Source: an uncultured archaeon (GTDB lineage Archaea > Nanohalarchaeota > Nanosalinia > Nanosalinales > Nanohalalkaliarchaeaceae). From it: 28,531 nucleotides of DNA. A program made the position numbers and the translations under genes. The notes below the pieces were generated by a model that saw nothing but the letters and a program-made list of their open reading frames with translations, did no database searches and was not told the DNA's origin. Position 1 is the stretch's first letter. Each line of letters begins with the position of its first letter. Shown in pieces: positions 8,100 through 16,420 of this stretch. Location of the stretch: NCBI GenBank assembly GCA_964484895.1, contig CAZAFX010000002.1, forward strand, positions 2,836-31,366, given 5' to 3'.

Positions 8100-8205
8100 C
8101 GGGCCCGGCGGGATTCGAACCCGCGACCTAGCGGTCTTCCTCGGTGCCGCCACCAGCGGCAGGCGGTAGGAACCGCTCGCTCTGTCCGGGCTGAGCCACG
8201 GGCCC
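8100..8205 (-). tRNA. tRNA-Arg(CCT) with 31-nt intron (8136-8166) at position 37/38
   Basis: GGGCCCG/CGGGCCC acceptor, GCTC/GAGC D stem, AGCGG/CCGCT anticodon stem, spliced loop TT-CCT-AA, GCGGG-TTCGAAT-CCCGC T arm, G73. Confidence 0.9.
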
Positions 8206-8228
8206 CGGTGACGTCGGCGGGCTCAACG

Positions 8229-8235
8229 TATAAAA
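8229..8235. promoter_or_regulatory. Shared bidirectional TATA element for tRNA-Arg (-) and the Ig-repeat gene (+)
   Basis: TATAAAA/TTTTATA lies about 24 nt from both the tRNA 5' end (8205) and the ATG at 8259. Confidence 0.6.
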
Positions 8236-8258
8236 TCATACGGCGCGCATGCGGGGAT

Positions 8259-10511
8259 ATGCGCGTGATGCGGTGGGGGCTGCTCCTCGTCCTGGCCGGG
8301 ATGCTGCCGGCCGTGGCGGCTGCCGCACCGCTCACCATCAACAGCCCGGCGGCGGAGACGTACACCGAGGACCCGGCGGTCTTCATCGACATCGAGACCG
8401 ACGGGGACTACCGGCTGCGGAACTACACCGTTGTCGGCACCGACTGTGCCCGGCAGTTCTCCGGCGACCGGACCACGGCAACGAACTCCTGCACGCTGGA
8501 GGACGGCGACCACCGGCTGACCGCGGCGGCGACGCTGCACAACAAGACCGTCCAGGAACACGTCTCGTTCACCGTCGACACCACGCCGCCAGCGGTCACG
8601 GCGGAGGGACCCCCCGATGTCGTGCTCGGCAGCTTGCACCCGCAGATCGCGTTCACCGTGGACGACACGTCGGCGGTGGCCGACCTCACGGTAACGCTCG
8701 ACGGCACGCCGCTGGAGAACGTGACAGCGGCGACCGGTCTGACCGCGGTGCGCCCAGGCAACCTCTCCGCCGGGAACCACACGGTGACCGTGAACGTGTC
8801 CGATGCACATGGCCACCGGACGGTCACGTCATGGCGGTTCCGAATCCCGGCAGCACCGGTCGTCAGCGGCGGCGTCCCGGACCGTGTCGTCGGCGAGCGA
8901 CCGACGGTGACCGCGCAGGCGGCCGCCCCCGGCGGGCTGGCCGGTGCCCGGCTGACGCTGGCACGTGGCGGGGAGACCATCGTGACGCGGCGGATGGACG
9001 CGGAGGGAAGCGACGGGACGTGGACGCTGTTCGCGGCACGCGGTGACGTGGCTGACGGGACCTACCGGGCGACGGTCAACGTGACCGACCGGCGCGACCG
9101 GTGGCGGACGCGGACATGGACGTTCACCGTCGACACCGGCTCACCCACGGTCGAGACGGTGTCGCACACGGCCGGAGATGTCGTGACGGGCGGGGAGCGG
9201 TTCGAGGTCGCGGCGGCGGACGCGACGAGCCGGGTGGTCAAGGTGAACCTGTCGCTCGGTGGCGCTGCCACGGTGGCTGCGCCGCGGCCCGGCGACCGGT
9301 ACTGGGCGACGATAGAGACGGCGGCCGCTGACGGCGGGCGTATCCCGCTCGTGGTGCAGGCTGTCGACGCGGCAGGGAACGTCGGTACGGGGCAGACGCC
9401 GCTCGTGGTCGACAACGCGGCGCCGACGGTGCAGGACCTCGCGGTCTTCCCCGACCCCTCGGCCGGCGTCGTATCAATCACCGGCACAGCGGTCGACGAG
9501 ACCACCAGCGTGGAGAACGTCTCGTACCGGGTCATCGGCGCCAACATGAGCGGCCTTATGCATGCGGCCGACGGTGCGTACGGTGACGCCGATGAACAGG
9601 TGCGGCGCCTGCTCGACGGTGTGCCGGACGGCGACCACACGGTCGAGCTGGTCGCGGCGGATGCAGCAGGCCACCGCAGCGGCGCGGTGCAGGAACAGGT
9701 GACGGTGGACCGGTCTCTGGCCACCGCGTTCCGTATCGATACGCCCTCACCGCCACGCGTCGTGGTCGGCGACACCGTCACGGTGCCTGTGCACGTGGCG
9801 AACACCGGCGCGGTCGGTGACATCGTCACAGTTGCCGCACGGTCCGACCTTGACGTGGCGGTCGGGCGGCCGGAGCGGCGGCTGGACACCAGGTCCCGGA
9901 AGCAGTTCCCCCTGTCGGTCGCCGTCCCCGCCGACACGGCGGCGGGTATGCATACCGTGACCGTCACCGTGGACGGCCTGACCGGGAACGCGACGCGGAC
10001 GATGGATGTCGTCGTGCAGCCGCCGCCGGCCGAGCAGCAGGCGCTGCGGGAGGAGGTGGCACGGCTGGAGGACCGGTTCGGCCGGATGCGGAACAACACC
10101 CGGAGCTACGTGGTCGCGGAGCAGCCGACCGTGCAGCGGTCGTTCAACGAGACCGCGGCCGCGTTCGACCGGATCGACCGACTGCTGGCGGATGGCCGGT
10201 ACGCCGCCGCGGCGGAGCTTCTCCCGGCCGTCGAGGAGCGGATGGCGATGTCACGCGCGAGCGCTACCGGGGCGATGACGCAGCACCAGGTGCGGACGCT
10301 GTCATCGCTCCTGCTGCGGCTTCTGGCGCTTGCCGCGGTCATCGCGGTTGTGTACGGGGCGTACCGGTTCGTGCCGCCGGAGGGCGGGTACGACACGGAG
10401 GCCGGGTTCGTCCACCGGCCGGACGGGAAGCACCCGCTGCGGCTGCACGCCGAGGACCGGGAGCGACGGCTGCGGGCGGCGTGGGACGCATGGCAGGAAG
10501 AGGGAAGATGA
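8259..10511 (+). CDS. Large membrane-anchored surface glycoprotein with tandem Ig-like domains (750 aa)
   Basis: Sec signal, Ig-repeat boundaries VDTTPP/VDTGSP/VDNAAP, NEW3-like domain, coiled coil, C-terminal TM; 13 of 19 Asn in sequons; possible +1 frameshift near the 3' end. Confidence 0.85.
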   Translation: MRVMRWGLLLVLAGMLPAVAAAAPLTINSPAAETYTEDPAVFIDIETDGDYRLRNYTVVGTDCARQFSGDRTTATNSCTLEDGDHRLTAAATLHNKTVQEHVSFTVDTTPPAVTAEGPPDVVLGSLHPQIAFTVDDTSAVADLTVTLDGTPLENVTAATGLTAVRPGNLSAGNHTVTVNVSDAHGHRTVTSWRFRIPAAPVVSGGVPDRVVGERPTVTAQAAAPGGLAGARLTLARGGETIVTRRMDAEGSDGTWTLFAARGDVADGTYRATVNVTDRRDRWRTRTWTFTVDTGSPTVETVSHTAGDVVTGGERFEVAAADATSRVVKVNLSLGGAATVAAPRPGDRYWATIETAAADGGRIPLVVQAVDAAGNVGTGQTPLVVDNAAPTVQDLAVFPDPSAGVVSITGTAVDETTSVENVSYRVIGANMSGLMHAADGAYGDADEQVRRLLDGVPDGDHTVELVAADAAGHRSGAVQEQVTVDRSLATAFRIDTPSPPRVVVGDTVTVPVHVANTGAVGDIVTVAARSDLDVAVGRPERRLDTRSRKQFPLSVAVPADTAAGMHTVTVTVDGLTGNATRTMDVVVQPPPAEQQALREEVARLEDRFGRMRNNTRSYVVAEQPTVQRSFNETAAAFDRIDRLLADGRYAAAAELLPAVEERMAMSRASATGAMTQHQVRTLSSLLLRLLALAAVIAVVYGAYRFVPPEGGYDTEAGFVHRPDGKHPLRLHAEDRERRLRAAWDAWQEEGR

Positions 10512-10581
10512 CAGAGGGTCGGATGCGGACGAGGGCCCGGTGCACGACGTTGACCGGTGGGACGGGTTCGACCGGTAGCGG

Positions 10582-10935
10582 TCACTCCGGAAGGCAGAGG
10601 TGTGCGGCTGACTCCGTCCGGGTGTCGAACAGGTCCTGGTCCCTGATGGTGGCGCAGACGTTGCAGAACTCACGGGAGAGGTCGGTGCGGCCGCGGTCGG
10701 CGAGGAGCGTGTCGATGAGTTCCGTGACAGCGCGGTAGGCCGCATCGTCCTCCTTGATGCGGCGGATCTTGGTGCCGCGGGAGGCGTTGAGATACTGGGA
10801 GACGGCAGGCTGGGTGACATCCAGCAGGTCCGCAATCTCCGTCTGGGTGTATCCCTTCTCCTGCAGTTCCTGTGCGATGAGCGACCGGAGGGCCGGCAGG
10901 ATTTCGTTGACCACCGTCTCGCATGCGAGCCGCAT
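10582..10935 (-). CDS. Archaeal HTH transcriptional regulator (COG2522-like, 117 aa)
   Basis: CETVVNEILPALRSLIA, YTQTEIADLLDVTQPAVSQYL..RG HTH, C-terminal CxxC. Confidence 0.85.
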   Translation of the reverse strand: MRLACETVVNEILPALRSLIAQELQEKGYTQTEIADLLDVTQPAVSQYLNASRGTKIRRIKEDDAAYRAVTELIDTLLADRGRTDLSREFCNVCATIRDQDLFDTRTESAAHLCLPE

Positions 10936-10958
10936 ACTGGGTCGTGGGGGCGGCGAGA

Positions 10959-10995
10959 TTTAAAACGCTCGTGCCCAGCGGCGCGTATTTAAAAA
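10959..10995. promoter_or_regulatory. Divergent TATA boxes for the HTH gene (-) and the glmU operon (+)
   Basis: TTTAAAA at 10959-10965 and TATTTAAAAA at 10986-10995. Confidence 0.65.
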
Positions 10996-11015
10996 TCGCG
11001 GCGGAGGGCGGCCGT

Positions 11016-12275
11016 ATGCAAGCCGTCATCCTCGCCGGCGGCCGGTCCTCCCGGTTCTGGCCGCTGAACACGCGGCACAAGTCGCTGGTGCAGGTGGCCG
11101 GCCGCAGCCTGCTCGAGCGGACGCTCGACGGGCTGGCAGCGGCCGGCGTCTCCGATGTCGTCATCGTGCAGGGCGCGGACCGGGCGGTGGCGGACGCAGT
11201 TGACGTTCCGGACGGCGTCTCGGTGTCGTTCGCCGTGCAGGACGAGCCGCACGGGATGGGGCATGCCCTGCGGCAGGCGCAGGACGCGCTGGACGAGCGG
11301 TTCGTGGTCACGAGCCCGTACCGTATCGATATCGCGGTGTTGCTCGCGCAGCTCCGGGATGCGGCGCAGGCGGACGGTGCCGTCGCCGGGACGGTGACGG
11401 ACCGGCCGGAGCGGTACGGGATGCTGGCGCTGGACGGTGACCGGGCGACCGGTATCGTGGAGAAGCCTGACCCGGGTGAGGCGCCGTCGGACGTCAAGGC
11501 GGTGAGCACCTATCTCCTCGACCCGGGGTTCTTCGATGCGCTGGACGCGGTGGAGCAGCATGAGTACAGCTTCGAGGACGCGCTCGACCGGTACATGGAC
11601 GGCGGGCGGGTGGGCGTGGCCAGGATCGACGCCGACCTGCCGTCGCTGAAATACCCGTGGGACCTGTTCACGTTCCGCGACCGCATCCTCACCGGGCAGG
11701 AGCCGCAGGTGGCGGAGAGCGCGGATGTGGCGGATACAGCGGTCCTTGATGGGAACGTGGTCGTGGCGGCGGACGCGACGGTATACGAGCACGCCGTGCT
11801 GCGCGGGCCCTGCTACGTCGGTCCCCGATGCACCGTCGGGAACGGTGCCGTGGTGCGGTCCGGGACGGTCATCGAGGCGGACGGAACGGTGGGAGCGCAC
11901 GCCGAGATCCGCGGCAGCATCATTCAGGACGGGTTCTCGTGTCATAGCGGGTTCATCGGCGACTCCATCATCGGCCGGGACGTGGCGGTCGGGGCCGGGA
12001 CCGTGACCGCGAACCGGCGGGTGCGCGACGGGGACGGCGGCCGGCCGGATATCAGCGTGCGGACGCCTGCGCAGGACGCACCCGTGGAGACAGGGATGGA
12101 CCGGCTTGGCGCGGTGGTCGGTGCCGGGACGGACATCGGGACGCAGGTGAACCTGATGCCCGGCGCATTGATCGGTGCCGGCAGCTTCGTCGGGCCGTCG
12201 ACGATGGTGCGCGGCGTGGTGGATGACGACACGACCGTGTACGCGCGGACGGAGACCGTGGAGCGGGAGCGGTGA
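11016..12275 (+). CDS. glmU: Bifunctional sugar-1-phosphate nucleotidyltransferase/acetyltransferase, archaeal GlmU type (419 aa)
   Basis: ILAGGRSSRFWPL...HKSL, EKP, YPWDL, hexapeptide left-handed beta helix, GAGTVTAN, LGAVVG. Confidence 0.88.
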   Translation: MQAVILAGGRSSRFWPLNTRHKSLVQVAGRSLLERTLDGLAAAGVSDVVIVQGADRAVADAVDVPDGVSVSFAVQDEPHGMGHALRQAQDALDERFVVTSPYRIDIAVLLAQLRDAAQADGAVAGTVTDRPERYGMLALDGDRATGIVEKPDPGEAPSDVKAVSTYLLDPGFFDALDAVEQHEYSFEDALDRYMDGGRVGVARIDADLPSLKYPWDLFTFRDRILTGQEPQVAESADVADTAVLDGNVVVAADATVYEHAVLRGPCYVGPRCTVGNGAVVRSGTVIEADGTVGAHAEIRGSIIQDGFSCHSGFIGDSIIGRDVAVGAGTVTANRRVRDGDGGRPDISVRTPAQDAPVETGMDRLGAVVGAGTDIGTQVNLMPGALIGAGSFVGPSTMVRGVVDDDTTVYARTETVERER

Positions 12276-12982
12276 TCACCATGGTCCGGTGCGTGATCTT
12301 CGACGCCGACCACACGCTCTACACGCCCCGTGCAGAGCGGGCGTACGACGAGCTTTTCGACTTCCTCGTGGCCGAGACCGGCGCCGACCGGGACGACCTC
12401 GAGGCGGCATGGGCGGACGCCGTCGAGGCGGCGAAGAGCAGCGACGCACCCGACGACCGGGCGCGAGACGCGGTGGTGCGGCGAGTGCTGGCAGCGGTCG
12501 ATGTCGACCCCGCTGACGCCCCCGTTGAAGCGGCCGTGGACCGGTTCTGGGACGCTGTCGTGGACGACCTCGCGTACCGCGACGCGGTCCGGGGCGTGGT
12601 GGACCGGCTGCGGGCGGCCGGTATCGCGGTCGTGGCCGTGGCGACCGACGAGTTCCCGGACCCGGTGCGCCGGAAGCTCGCCGTCCTGTTCGACGACCCC
12701 GAGGCGGTGTTCGACGATATCGTGACGCCACGGGATACCGGGACGATGAAGCCCGCGAAAGCGTTCTACCGTGAAGTGCTGGACGCCCACGGGGTGGCGC
12801 CCGGCGAGGCGGTCGTCGTGGGGGACTCGTGGGAGCGGGATCTTGCCCCGGCCGCCGACCTCGGGATGGTGACCGTCCTGCTCCGGCGGGACGGCAGCGA
12901 GCCGGTGGGAGCGCCGGACCACGTGGTGGACGCTGTGGAGGGGGTCGTGCCGCTCGTGGAGGGGATGCAGGATGGACGCTGA
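12272..12982 (+). CDS. HAD-superfamily hydrolase, subfamily IA (236 aa)
   Basis: IFDADHTL motif I, KP motif III, VGDSWERDL motif IV; GTGA overlap with glmU. Confidence 0.88.
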   Translation: MITMVRCVIFDADHTLYTPRAERAYDELFDFLVAETGADRDDLEAAWADAVEAAKSSDAPDDRARDAVVRRVLAAVDVDPADAPVEAAVDRFWDAVVDDLAYRDAVRGVVDRLRAAGIAVVAVATDEFPDPVRRKLAVLFDDPEAVFDDIVTPRDTGTMKPAKAFYREVLDAHGVAPGEAVVVGDSWERDLAPAADLGMVTVLLRRDGSEPVGAPDHVVDAVEGVVPLVEGMQDGR

Positions 12983-14264
12983 CGCCGTCTTCACCCGGTA
13001 CGACATCCGCGGCGACCATCCCGACGAAATCGATGCGGCGTTCGCCGAGCGGCTGGGCCGGGCGGCCGGCCGGTACGCGCAGGACGACGGCCGGGGACAG
13101 GTCGTCGTGGGTCGTGATGCGCGGGCGGCGTCGGAGGCGGTGTACGCCGCGTTCATCGACGGGATCCGGGCGGCGGACACGAACGTCGTCGACGTCGGCA
13201 CCGGGACGACCGACCGCGTCGCGGTGGGTGCCGGGCACTACGGCGGCATCGGGGTGATGGTGACGGCCTCGCATCACGCCTGGGAGCGGACCGGGTTCAA
13301 GTTCCTGTACGAGGAGGGGTACGGATTCTCCAACGACGACCTGGACACGGTGCGGGCACTGTTCCGGGACGACCCGGCTGGCGGCGGTGATGGCAGCGTG
13401 CTGCGGGCGCAACATGAGCACGATGAGCGATACATGGACGCGGTCGAGGCGTTCGCAGCGGACCGTACCGACGGGATCCAGGGCACGGTCCTGCTCGACG
13501 CGGTCGGCGGGGCGGAGCGGACCGCGGCGGCGGTGTTCGAGGCGTGCGGGGCGGATGTCATCGAGATGGAGCGGGACGGGCTGCCGGCGCCGGAGCCATC
13601 CGCGGAGACGCGACAGGATGTGGCGGAGGCGCTGGCAGCGGCGGAGGCGGACGTGGCGGTGGGGTGCGACCCCGACGGCGACCGGGTCTTCCTGGTCCAT
13701 CCCGAGCTGGGCTGGGTCGACGGAGACCGGCTGTTCTATCTGCTCGCGCGTATCACGGCGCCGGAGCGGATTGTGGCGTCGGTCGACACCGCCCCGTTCA
13801 TCGAGGAGACAGGTGCGGCCGTGTCGTACACGCGGGTCGGAGACATCTTCGTGGCCGCCGAGGGGGTGGAGCAGGACGCCGACCTGCTGGGGGAGCCGAA
13901 CGGCCACTACGCGTTCCCGTCCTTCTCGTGGTACAACTCCGGCATCGTCGCCGGTCTGCTGCTGGCGGCGCACCACGACCGTCTCCCGGCGATGCTGGAG
14001 CCTGTGCAGGACTACCGGTCGCACCGGTTCGTGGCCGCGTACGGGTCGATGGCGGAGCGGGACGACGCGATGCAGGACGTGAAGAAGCAGGTGGCGACGG
14101 CCGGGACCGTTGTTGATCGTGTCGACGGCGTGAAGTTCGAGATGGACGGGTGGACAGGGCTGGTGCGTCCATCCGGCACCGCGCCCAAGATCAGGCTTGC
14201 CCTGCACGGCCGGGACCCCGGGGAAGCAGCTGAAGCGGTGCGCGACCGCCTCCTCGGACCGTAG
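12972..14264 (+). CDS. glmM: Alpha-D-phosphohexomutase, probably phosphoglucosamine mutase (430 aa)
   Basis: YDIRG, VTASH phosphoserine, DPDGDR metal loop, GEPNGH, RPSGTAPKIR; operonic with glmU (substrate assignment from context). Confidence 0.8.
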   Translation: MDADAVFTRYDIRGDHPDEIDAAFAERLGRAAGRYAQDDGRGQVVVGRDARAASEAVYAAFIDGIRAADTNVVDVGTGTTDRVAVGAGHYGGIGVMVTASHHAWERTGFKFLYEEGYGFSNDDLDTVRALFRDDPAGGGDGSVLRAQHEHDERYMDAVEAFAADRTDGIQGTVLLDAVGGAERTAAAVFEACGADVIEMERDGLPAPEPSAETRQDVAEALAAAEADVAVGCDPDGDRVFLVHPELGWVDGDRLFYLLARITAPERIVASVDTAPFIEETGAAVSYTRVGDIFVAAEGVEQDADLLGEPNGHYAFPSFSWYNSGIVAGLLLAAHHDRLPAMLEPVQDYRSHRFVAAYGSMAERDDAMQDVKKQVATAGTVVDRVDGVKFEMDGWTGLVRPSGTAPKIRLALHGRDPGEAAEAVRDRLLGP

Positions 14265-14267
14265 GCA

Positions 14268-14621
14268 TCACGCCCATGCCGCCACGCCGTCGATGACGAC
14301 GAACACGGGGCCGAACAGGCACTGGAGGCAGCCGTACTGGAACCGGGAGGCAATACCTGCCGGCGGTGACAGGACGACCATAAACGCCGCGTGCGTTACG
14401 ATGACCGCCACGTAGAGGCCGAGCGCCAGTGGCGACAGGAGCGGCGCCTGGATGAGGAGCGCGTAGCCGGCGGCCGCGGGACTGATCCCGATCGCCACCG
14501 CGAGCAACACCACCGGGATCAGCGGCATCACCATACTGCCGGCGGCGGTCGTGGCGCCGGCCGCGGCCGACAGCCCGACCACGGCACCGCAGTAGAGCGC
14601 GGCGGCGCGGAGCCGGTCCAT
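14268..14621 (-). CDS. Small hydrophobic membrane protein (117 aa)
   Basis: 3-4 hydrophobic segments; stop 3 nt from the convergent glmM stop. Confidence 0.6.
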   Translation of the reverse strand: MDRLRAAALYCGAVVGLSAAAGATTAAGSMVMPLIPVVLLAVAIGISPAAAGYALLIQAPLLSPLALGLYVAVIVTHAAFMVVLSPPAGIASRFQYGCLQCLFGPVFVVIDGVAAWA

Positions 14622-14652
14622 ACCTGTGTATACGTCCGCTCCCTTATAACCG

Positions 14653-15591
14653 CTATTCGAGGATGTCGATGTCATCGACGGTGCCGTCCCCGTCCATATC
14701 CTTGCCGCGGACCACCGCCCCCCACTTCTCCTCACCATCATAGCCGTCGAGTACGGTGTCGTGGTACTGGGTGAGCCCGAGGACAGCAGCGCGCGTCCCG
14801 GCGAGGCGGACACCGGCCAGCACCATCACCGCACGCTCCGGAGCGTCCGGGTGCGGCGTCCGGGCGATGAATCCGACCGTGTCATCCGTATACGTGGTGC
14901 CGGTCACGTCCGAGACGAGGCTGCGGAACGGGAACTCCTCCGTGTCGAACCGGACCGGGAGGTGAGCGTTGACCTCCGCAGTCACCATGTTGGTGAGCGG
15001 TCCACCGAGCAGGACCATGCTGTCCGGGTCGTCGCCCGGCGTGACATCCACGTCCAGCCGGGTCCTCGGTCCCTGGTAGGCGCCGTACTGCCCGAGGAAC
15101 ATGGTCAGGTCGGCGGCGAGGTGGGCGTCCCGCGCCCGCACCTGGTGCGGGCCGTGCGGGTCCGGCGAGCCGACCACGATATCAGCCGCGACCGCGCCGT
15201 TCCGGACGAACGGATGCAGGAACGACCGGAGCGCCTCCGGGGCCGCCGCGACCCCGACATCGGCGAGCTGTTCGCCGCCGTACGGGAGCGCGAGCGCGTA
15301 GCCGTCATCGACTGTCTCGTAGTACTTGGCGACGCCGCCCCCCTGTTCACGCCGCTCCGCGACACGGATGAATCCAGCCTCCTCCAGCTGGCGGACGTGG
15401 TAGTAGACGTTCTGCTCGTGGACATCAAGCTCCGCCGCAAGCTCCGCCGGGTACCGTGGGCGCTCCGCGCAGCGGGTCAGGATCTGCCACCGCGTCTCGT
15501 TGAGGACCGGCTGCAGGTCCGCGGGGTCGTCAGCGAGCCGGACGTTCCGGGCGTACGTGTCGCCATCACGGTCGGAGAGGAGCCGCGCCAT
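14653..15591 (-). CDS. ArsR-like winged-HTH regulator fused to an uncharacterised C-terminal domain (312 aa)
   Basis: TRWQIL...YPAELAAELDVHEQNVYYHVRQLEEAG; C-domain with VLLGGPLTN and terminal DMDGDGTVDD. Confidence 0.8.
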   Translation of the reverse strand: MARLLSDRDGDTYARNVRLADDPADLQPVLNETRWQILTRCAERPRYPAELAAELDVHEQNVYYHVRQLEEAGFIRVAERREQGGGVAKYYETVDDGYALALPYGGEQLADVGVAAAPEALRSFLHPFVRNGAVAADIVVGSPDPHGPHQVRARDAHLAADLTMFLGQYGAYQGPRTRLDVDVTPGDDPDSMVLLGGPLTNMVTAEVNAHLPVRFDTEEFPFRSLVSDVTGTTYTDDTVGFIARTPHPDAPERAVMVLAGVRLAGTRAAVLGLTQYHDTVLDGYDGEEKWGAVVRGKDMDGDGTVDDIDILE

Positions 15592-15636
15592 CGACACCAC
15601 TATGGTCGTGATTATAGCTTATTATTGATGGTGGAC

Positions 15637-15666
15637 AGGAAGAAGAGAAAAAAGGGAAGAAAGAGG
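15637..15666 (-). terminator. Oligo-pyrimidine (U-rich) terminator after the MscS-like gene
   Basis: Minus strand reads CCTCTTTCTTCCCTTTTTTCTCTTCTTCCT immediately after the TAA stop. Confidence 0.7.
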
Positions 15667-15669
15667 CGG

Positions 15670-16302
15670 TTACTCCTCCATGTACTTCTCGGCCTCCTGC
15701 CTGAACACGTCCTTGAGCCCCCATCCTGCCGCGATCGCGAAGGCAAGCCCCACGGATGCGACGATGATGAGGAGGATGTTGTTCAGGAGCTCGGCGCCGA
15801 TACCCGCAAGGGGCAGCGCGGTCGAGACCGCGATGTACAGCACGAAGAAGAAGATCGTCTTCCCCAAGAGGTCCGCGTAGAACGTCTCGGAGCCGACGAT
15901 GTGGTCCTTCGTGTAGATCGCGATGCCGTAGCCGGCCAGGAAGACCGCGATGGCGCCAATCACACCAGGAATCCAGGAGACGATATCCTCGATGAGCGAT
16001 TTGAACGCCGAGACCTCTAGGATGAGTGCCGCCTGCTGCAGGAAGGCGAAGTAGACGATCCACTTGCCCAGCTCCGCGAACAGCTCGCTGAGCTGCAGCT
16101 CAAGGTGACCCTCCTCCTCGAAGTACTCATCGACGCGCGTGTGCTCCAGGAGGCGCAGGATGGCCGAGAACGTGACCCTGCCGAGGATGTAGCCGACGAT
16201 CAACAGGACGACGGCGAAGAACAGCTTCGGCAGGAACTGCTGCGTCGCGTCCCAGATGGGTGCGAACGCGGCAGTCACGGCTGTCTGCACCATGGCTATC
16301 AT
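15670..16302 (-). CDS. CmpX-like membrane protein of the mechanosensitive channel TM-helix family (210 aa; alternative start 16293)
   Basis: QFLPKLFFAVVLLIVG and SWIPGVIGAIAVFLAG TM-helix repeats; AFAIAAGWGLKD ending; lacks the MscS beta domain. Confidence 0.75.
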   Translation of the reverse strand: MIAMVQTAVTAAFAPIWDATQQFLPKLFFAVVLLIVGYILGRVTFSAILRLLEHTRVDEYFEEEGHLELQLSELFAELGKWIVYFAFLQQAALILEVSAFKSLIEDIVSWIPGVIGAIAVFLAGYGIAIYTKDHIVGSETFYADLLGKTIFFFVLYIAVSTALPLAGIGAELLNNILLIIVASVGLAFAIAAGWGLKDVFRQEAEKYMEE

Positions 16303-16346
16303 GTTGAGTTTTGCCGGGCTGTTTAATAAAGGTTTGCGGATATCAC

Positions 16347-16362
16347 TATGAATCTATTCATA
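16347..16362. promoter_or_regulatory. Inverted repeat TATGAAT-CT-ATTCATA, candidate operator
   Basis: Perfect 7-2-7 AT-rich dyad between divergent promoters. Confidence 0.5.
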
Positions 16363-16420
16363 CCGGTTCCGGCGTCGTTTTACACCGGTTTCATATAGGT
16401 TGGGTGCGTGATGGGCGGGT

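Noticed and set aside
16303-16420. glmS ribozyme upstream of glmS
   Set aside because: The leader is too short and lacks the AGCGC cleavage-site and core motifs; the region is explained by promoters and a DNA dyad.
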